Source of the DNA: an uncultured virus (IMG/VR IMGVR_UViG_3300028490_000003)
Lineage: Duplodnaviria > Heunggongvirae > Uroviricota > Caudoviricetes
IMG/VR virus record: IMGVR_UViG_3300028490_000003
Direction: 5' to 3' (one strand)
DNA: 63,859 bases
Positions 58,876 through 63,859 of this stretch are shown here, piece after piece. A program made the translations under genes and the position numbers. Positions within the stretch are counted from its first letter, which is position 1, and every line of letters begins with the position of its first letter. The notes beneath the pieces were generated by a model, which did no database searches, was not told the origin of the DNA, and saw nothing but the letters and a program-made list of their open reading frames with translations.

Positions 58876-60432
58876 TTATTGTAACGGTTCAACTATCATT
58901 TTTGGAGCAAATTGGGCTATATCACCTTTATTATCTGTTTCAAAAATAGTAAATCCTGCGTTATTACTCCATCCGCCTGTAGAAGAATAATCTTCACCAG
59001 TATAAATGGCTGGAACTACAACTCGTCTATAATTACGTCTGTCGTCATTACTTAAAACTTGCAAGCTATGCAAATGTCCTCTTAGTATCATGTTGAACAT
59101 TGTTGGTTCGCCATGGTCTAAAATTATATCAGCTGCATTTTTCTTATGATAGTTAAAATGTCCGTGTTGTAAAATATAGCAAACTCCGTCAGATACAAAA
59201 GATACAGTATCGTGATGGAAATGAATAGGCATTTTAATAATCTTTGCTAGCATATATACTAATATATCTAACATACTTGATTTCTGGTCCTCTCTATTAT
59301 CAGAACTTCCTCTATCATGGTTTCCACCAACAGCATAGATTCCTGTAACATTATCAACATTACTAATAAAATCAACAAGCAATTCAAAAGCTAATTTAAA
59401 TTGAGCTGCATATTGTTCTGCGATAGTATTACCTGCACCTGTATGGTTGAAAGCGGATCCTTGGAACATATCTCCCATAATAGCAAGAGTAACTCCACTA
59501 TATTCTCCTTCATTTACTGCGTTGGCTATTGCGTCTAATCTCTTCTTAATCACCTCTTTATCAAAGTCATGCGTACGTTGTACTCCTTTTACAGAGGCCC
59601 CCGCGTGCATATCAGCGATAGTAACAACACATGTTTTAGTGCTCTCTACTTTCTTTTTTGGTAATGAAATGGTTTTCGTTACCACTTTGAATTCTTTAGA
59701 AATCTCTTCTATTTTATTATAGAATTCAATTTCTTTTAAAGATCCTTCATTTATAACTTTACGGTAGTTAGCCATAACTCTGTTATTATACTTTTTCTCA
59801 ATATACTCAGGATTATTAATCACTGTATCAAGTTGAGAATCCATATAAGAATCTAAGTCAACTGGGCTAAGCTCAGTAAATAGATGAGGCGCTACAATAT
59901 TAGAGTCTTTATAAAGTCCAAGTTTGCGTTGGATTGTACCAAGGACACTTTGTCCATTCTCACCTAGTTTACCAAGATCATATTTGTTGATTAGAGCCGT
60001 TCTAGAGAGGTTTAACCCCTTTCTAGGATAATCAGTAAATAACTTACTAATAAGGTCTCCTGATACGTGTAATTCACCCCCAAGTACATATATACCCTTA
60101 TCATAGGTATAGGAAGTACCACCAGAGGTTAACTTCATTTCTTCTTCTTCAACAATAACTTCTAATTCATTAACATCAATTTCTTGATTTTCTTCTTGAG
60201 CTACTATATCTCCAGAAGAAATATCTACTAATGGAAATTCATCCAGGTCAATATCTTTTTTACTTCTTAGGAAATTATCATCTCCTTTTTTAATGCGTTG
60301 AAGCATACGTTCTACTGTTCCTTGTGTAAAAGGAAAATCTGGGTAATTATCGTCTACCCAACGAGCAAGCTTAGCGCCTTTGACATCAGGGTTCATGTCA
60401 ATAAAATCCCTTAAAAATTTAATTATATTCAT
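58876..60432 (-). CDS. Calcineurin-like metallophosphoesterase with long N-terminal extension
   Basis: All five motifs appear in order: ADMH, GDMFQG, GNHD, HGH, GHLH. Confidence 0.88.
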   Translation of the reverse strand: MNIIKFLRDFIDMNPDVKGAKLARWVDDNYPDFPFTQGTVERMLQRIKKGDDNFLRSKKDIDLDEFPLVDISSGDIVAQEENQEIDVNELEVIVEEEEMKLTSGGTSYTYDKGIYVLGGELHVSGDLISKLFTDYPRKGLNLSRTALINKYDLGKLGENGQSVLGTIQRKLGLYKDSNIVAPHLFTELSPVDLDSYMDSQLDTVINNPEYIEKKYNNRVMANYRKVINEGSLKEIEFYNKIEEISKEFKVVTKTISLPKKKVESTKTCVVTIADMHAGASVKGVQRTHDFDKEVIKKRLDAIANAVNEGEYSGVTLAIMGDMFQGSAFNHTGAGNTIAEQYAAQFKLAFELLVDFISNVDNVTGIYAVGGNHDRGSSDNREDQKSSMLDILVYMLAKIIKMPIHFHHDTVSFVSDGVCYILQHGHFNYHKKNAADIILDHGEPTMFNMILRGHLHSLQVLSNDDRRNYRRVVVPAIYTGEDYSSTGGWSNNAGFTIFETDNKGDIAQFAPKMIVEPLQ

Positions 60433-60632
60433 GTTTTGTTTTTTAATTCAACTCCAATTTCGAAAAAAGAATCTTCTAATAAAGTAGTAATATTTCCTAC
60501 TATACCTAGATCTTTCTCTAGTTCTTTTCTTTTTTCTAAGTATTCTTTATACGCGACAAAGTCAGCAGGAGCTAACATGATTATTGCGTTCCCTGGTTCA
60601 ATTCCAGGACTTTCTACTATTTTTAAATCCAT
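60429..60632 (-). CDS. Hypothetical protein
   Basis: 67 aa, ATGA-coupled to the next gene. Confidence 0.6.
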   Translation of the reverse strand: MDLKIVESPGIEPGNAIIMLAPADFVAYKEYLEKRKELEKDLGIVGNITTLLEDSFFEIGVELKNKT

Positions 60633-60650
60633 ATTTTTATTTTTAATTAT

Positions 60651-60974
60651 TTAATGATAAAGTTTTACATATTCTTCTTTTTTAAGTATTACACTTTTTC
60701 TCTTTATATAAGGATCAACAGTGATTTTTATACCTCTAAAGGATTGGCGAGCATAGTTTATGAATTCTCCTCTTTCCATACGTTCTTTATCAAAAGCCCA
60801 AAACATTCTATCACTCATTATTATCTCTCCAGGGTCAATAAAAGTATACTTTTTCTGGAATACAAATATTAACTCTCCTAATGTTTCAGCTATACGTTCA
60901 AATCCTATTTCAGCATCTACGATAAAATCTTGTGTTTTCACAACTGTGACTCTATTATTATAGCTTGTATCCAT
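60651..60974 (-). CDS. Hypothetical protein
   Basis: 107 aa, TAATG overlap with the upstream gene. Confidence 0.65.
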   Translation of the reverse strand: MDTSYNNRVTVVKTQDFIVDAEIGFERIAETLGELIFVFQKKYTFIDPGEIIMSDRMFWAFDKERMERGEFINYARQSFRGIKITVDPYIKRKSVILKKEEYVKLYH

Positions 60975-61240
60975 TATAACATCATATTTAATTCATATTC
61001 TCCAGAAGCTAACTTCTTTTCTGTTATAGGAGTCTTTTCTCCAAGAAACATATTTCTATATTTACTTGTTGTACTTGATCTCCTCCAGTCCTTACCTAGC
61101 TGTATTTTATCTCTATCACTTGGCCTAAATGCTACAGTAGAAGCGTAACTTTGCAGAAACGCTCCTTGTTTTGTGTATATAGTACAGTGATTTTCAGACA
61201 TAAAACTAACAGTAGGTATATCTTCTTTGTTTAGTTTCAT
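60974..61240 (-). CDS. Small phage protein, function unknown
   Basis: LQSY.STVA...W..S.TTSKY..MFL pattern familiar from small phage proteins. ATGA overlap with the upstream gene. Confidence 0.7.
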   Translation of the reverse strand: MKLNKEDIPTVSFMSENHCTIYTKQGAFLQSYASTVAFRPSDRDKIQLGKDWRRSSTTSKYRNMFLGEKTPITEKKLASGEYELNMML

Positions 61241-61509
61241 ACTTTCTCATATGTTTTATGAAAAATAGCTTCATCACATGGATAAATCTCTCCTTCAACT
61301 CCTTTGATAATATAACTACCTCTAGGGGCTGTCATTGTACCTTCCATAGTTTTAATAGATATTCGTACATCACTATGCCCTTCATTTATAAATCCTACGT
61401 CCCCTCTTTTAATTGCATTCACAATCCACATAGGGTCTTCTTGTTGTTTTTCGTCAGCAGTCCATTGAAAAGCTTCAATTACTACTGGTTTTTTTCTATA
61501 TATTCCCAT
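61237..61509 (-). CDS. Conserved phage protein (YRKKPVVIEA...TxEG...YIIKGVxGExYPC family)
   Basis: Full-length match by eye to this widespread small phage family. Confidence 0.8.
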   Translation of the reverse strand: MGIYRKKPVVIEAFQWTADEKQQEDPMWIVNAIKRGDVGFINEGHSDVRISIKTMEGTMTAPRGSYIIKGVEGEIYPCDEAIFHKTYEKV

Positions 61510-61572
61510 ACTTTTTTTATTTTAAAAGGCGGCTTCGGGTCTTTCAGGGATTCTGGTTTACACGACAAACTG

Positions 61573-61776
61573 TCAATCCCTTTTTCCATGATCACCTAAG
61601 ATCACGTCGTGCCTAACAGCTTCACTCACCGCCTTTCTATTATTATATCTTTTTTCACAGAGTTTATTATATCTCTTTAAGTCCTTCTCACGATCATCAC
61701 TATAGCCCCAAGTAAGGACATATTCAAGACCTACAATTTCTTCCCATTCTTTATTCGTCAAGTGCTTCTTTAACAT
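61573..61776 (-). CDS. Hypothetical protein
   Basis: 67 aa, overlapping the upstream ORF in the - strand operon. Confidence 0.55.
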   Translation of the reverse strand: MLKKHLTNKEWEEIVGLEYVLTWGYSDDREKDLKRYNKLCEKRYNNRKAVSEAVRHDVILGDHGKRD

Positions 61777-61975
61777 TCCAATCTTTTAATCTATCTATAT
61801 ATAATTCAGCATCATGTAATGATTGGTGCTGGCTCACTGAATTAGCAAGCGCATCAAACTCAGATATATTAATTATTGGTCTGAGTTCTACATTAAATAA
61901 AGAAAGAATACTATGGATTTTCCATGTTGGATACCCTTTCTTTTCTAATTTTTCAATCAATTTTAGAGTTGTCAT
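61751..61975 (-). CDS. Hypothetical protein
   Basis: 74 aa in the packed operon. Confidence 0.55.
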   Translation of the reverse strand: MTTLKLIEKLEKKGYPTWKIHSILSLFNVELRPIINISEFDALANSVSQHQSLHDAELYIDRLKDWNVKEALDE

Positions 61976-62093
61976 CTTTTTTAGCTTTATCGTAAATTTC
62001 TTGAAGTCCTTTAGTTAAAAACCCAATGAACTTTTCTGGTGGTACTATTGCTATTCGCATACCACAAAAATCTTTATACTCTATCTCTGCCAT
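61953..62093 (-). CDS. Small hypothetical protein (46 aa), absent from the ORF track
   Basis: MAEIEYKDFCGMRIAIVPPEKFIGFLTKGLQEIYDKAKKDDNSKID*. Its ATG overlaps the dUTPase stop (TAATG) and it fills the gap to the next ORF. Confidence 0.6.
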   Translation of the reverse strand: MAEIEYKDFCGMRIAIVPPEKFIGFLTKGLQEIYDKAKKDDNSKID

Positions 62094-62581
62094 TACTTTC
62101 CTGTGGATCCTATTCCACCAGTTCTAACATCTCCTACAGTAAGGTTGTCATCTGCAGGATGAGTCTCAATAAACATTCCTTGTACAACTTTACTACCTTT
62201 TTTAAGAATTACAGTCTCTGAACCTGTATTATATAACTTTACAAAAATTTCTCCCTCATTAGAGTCATTATCATAGTAATCAGCATCTATAATTCCAGTA
62301 CCATTTGTTAATACTATTCCTTTTTTAAATCCTAGTGAACTTCTTATAAAAAGCAATAAGACTTCTGTAGATCGCATATAAGCTTTAACTCCTAGAGGAG
62401 TAGCTATACTATGTTTGCCTGGAAGGATCTCTAAGTCAAATTGAAGTTCAAAATCATACCCTGCTGAACTAACTGTAGCTCTCATAGGTAATTCTGCTCC
62501 TTTATTACTTTTTGTTTTTTTAAATCCCCTTAATTTATGAGGAGGAAAACCTTTCATATCATGTGTTATAGTCATAGTCAT
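62093..62581 (-). CDS. dut: Trimeric dUTPase
   Basis: Five motifs: SAGYD, RSSLG, GIIDADY, QG, RTGGIGSTG. Confidence 0.95.
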   Translation of the reverse strand: MTMTITHDMKGFPPHKLRGFKKTKSNKGAELPMRATVSSAGYDFELQFDLEILPGKHSIATPLGVKAYMRSTEVLLLFIRSSLGFKKGIVLTNGTGIIDADYYDNDSNEGEIFVKLYNTGSETVILKKGSKVVQGMFIETHPADDNLTVGDVRTGGIGSTGK

Positions 62582-62583
62582 AA

Positions 62584-62808
62584 TTATTTAAATTTTTTAT
62601 GAAAAGCTTTAGAAAGTTCTTTTGCTTTATCATGTAATTCTTTATTCTTTATTGATTTTGTTACTGCTAATTTTTCAATTTTCTTATATATATCAAAAGG
62701 AAGAGATTTATAAATATTATAAAATTTAATATAATTCTCCTCCTTTATTGATAATAAGTCTTCTATAGTATTCTTTACTAGGTCTATATTAATCATAATC
62801 CCATGCAT
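62584..62808 (-). CDS. Hypothetical protein
   Basis: 74 aa between primase and dUTPase. Start uncertain (a downstream start is possible). Confidence 0.5.
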   Translation of the reverse strand: MHGIMINIDLVKNTIEDLLSIKEENYIKFYNIYKSLPFDIYKKIEKLAVTKSIKNKELHDKAKELSKAFHKKFK

Positions 62809-63854
62809 TTTAATCTTGTTATTATATCTTTTATAGGCCTATTAAATGCATAATCAGATATATCTTTATCTATTACTTTTATTTTTCCATTTATTTTAAA
62901 TCTTACTACGGATACAAACATGACTTTAAATAAGTCTATATCTCTTTTTCTTAGCTTATTTGCTCCAGTTACACCAGCTAAATCATAATCAAATATTATA
63001 ATAACCTCATCATAATTACTCTTCATCCATTGTATTTCTCTATCTGTAAAATTATATGTTTCTGAATGAGGTGCTATTATATCATATTCATCTTTTAAAA
63101 ATGTATGAAAAACCATTATATCTTTTAAAGATTTTGTAATAATAAGTTTTTTATTTTTTGATTTGTTTTTAGTAACTTGTTCTATACCTTGTAAATAGTG
63201 CCCAGGGCAAGTATTTCTCCACTTAAATTCACCTGCATTAGGGCTATACAATTTGATTTTATTATATATTACAAATGCAAATGTTAAGGTTTGTTGTGAG
63301 ACAGTATATATTACTTCATTATTTTCATTTAGAAGCTTTTTTACTGACTTAACATTATAGTATTTTAAAGTTTTTTCTGTTATATGATATTTATTCCAAT
63401 AACTTATATCTTTTTCTGTAAAATTTCTAGATGTAAAATTTATTACTCTTTTAGAAGCAAAAAATGAAAGGTCTATTTTTTTACGTATAAGAGTAGTATT
63501 AAATTTATTATTTTTATTTAGTATTCCTAAACCTAACTTTTTATCTAAGTACTCTATTATTTCATATCTATTATTTAACGTTTTACCATCTTGATATATT
63601 GCATAAAGTTTTATAAATTTGAATACATCTCCTCCTACCCATGCAAAATCTTTAAATAAAATTTTATCTTCATTTTCAGGTACAAATAAAGCAAAAGTTG
63701 GTTTTTTATCAGTCCTAATAGGGCTTAAGATAAAATCACCAACTTCTACTTCAAACCCTATAAGATTACAATAAATCTCATAGGGAGTTATATGTTCAAA
63801 TAACTTTTCGTCTAAACTTTTAACACTGTTTTTAAAAACTCGTGTTAAATTCAT
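62793..63854 (-). CDS. dnaG: DnaG-type DNA primase (crAss-like)
   Basis: N-terminal SPIRTDKKPTF...FKDF...GGDVFKFI (zinc-binding-domain-like) and TOPRIM motifs LIITKSLKD, FDYDLAG, KDISD. Confidence 0.85.
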   Translation of the reverse strand: MNLTRVFKNSVKSLDEKLFEHITPYEIYCNLIGFEVEVGDFILSPIRTDKKPTFALFVPENEDKILFKDFAWVGGDVFKFIKLYAIYQDGKTLNNRYEIIEYLDKKLGLGILNKNNKFNTTLIRKKIDLSFFASKRVINFTSRNFTEKDISYWNKYHITEKTLKYYNVKSVKKLLNENNEVIYTVSQQTLTFAFVIYNKIKLYSPNAGEFKWRNTCPGHYLQGIEQVTKNKSKNKKLIITKSLKDIMVFHTFLKDEYDIIAPHSETYNFTDREIQWMKSNYDEVIIIFDYDLAGVTGANKLRKRDIDLFKVMFVSVVRFKINGKIKVIDKDISDYAFNRPIKDIITRLKCMGL

Positions 63855-63859
63855 AGCTT

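Noticed and set aside
61482..61589. 35-aa - strand mini-ORF (MEKGIDSLSCKPESLKDPKPPF...) over a GC-richer spacer
   Set aside because: Too short, with no recognisable motif. It may be real but cannot be supported.
54347..62221. + strand ORFs inside the - strand module (e.g. 55956..56357, 59447..59722, 61258..61599)
   Set aside because: They are antisense to recognisable genes and have no independent support.
1..63859. CRISPR array, tRNA genes, introns or inteins
   Set aside because: Spacers between genes are short, with no repeat-spacer periodicity or cloverleaf. I noticed no intein termini or homing endonuclease motifs in nrdJ, primase or RNAP (checked by eye only).

Overview
AT-rich fragment of a large dsDNA bacteriophage genome that is best explained as a crAss-like phage (Crassvirales), probably infecting Bacteroidota. 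The standard genetic code applies. The + strand (1-54034) is a virion module: tail fibre, adaptor and adhesin genes (S74 chaperone fibre, LRR, FN3, collagen/C1q-like), a DUF5675 lysin candidate with a membrane protein, and a cluster of small and medium internal virion proteins. It ends with three giant cargo proteins: a 3223-aa SF1-helicase-bearing protein, a 3546-aa DFDID-type virion RNA polymerase, and a ~2900-aa zincin/helicase/PD-(D/E)xK protein split by a -1 frame break. The - strand (54094-63854) converges on a bidirectional terminator and carries primase, dUTPase, a metallophosphoesterase, class II ribonucleotide reductase, a RusA-like resolvase and small accessory ORFs. Main observations: (1) the three giant proteins (~9,700 aa) contain, by my reading, only four cysteines, all at the adjoining termini, which suggests a head-to-tail disulfide-linked ejection chain; (2) a recurring [KR]-F-x-x-G-G peptide tag in the smaller internal proteins; (3) two -1 frame breaks at A-runs; (4) an SSB-like DFNEDVPF tail; (5) a candidate pseudoknotted RNA after the lysis genes. 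All functional calls come from motif reading by eye; no database searches were run.
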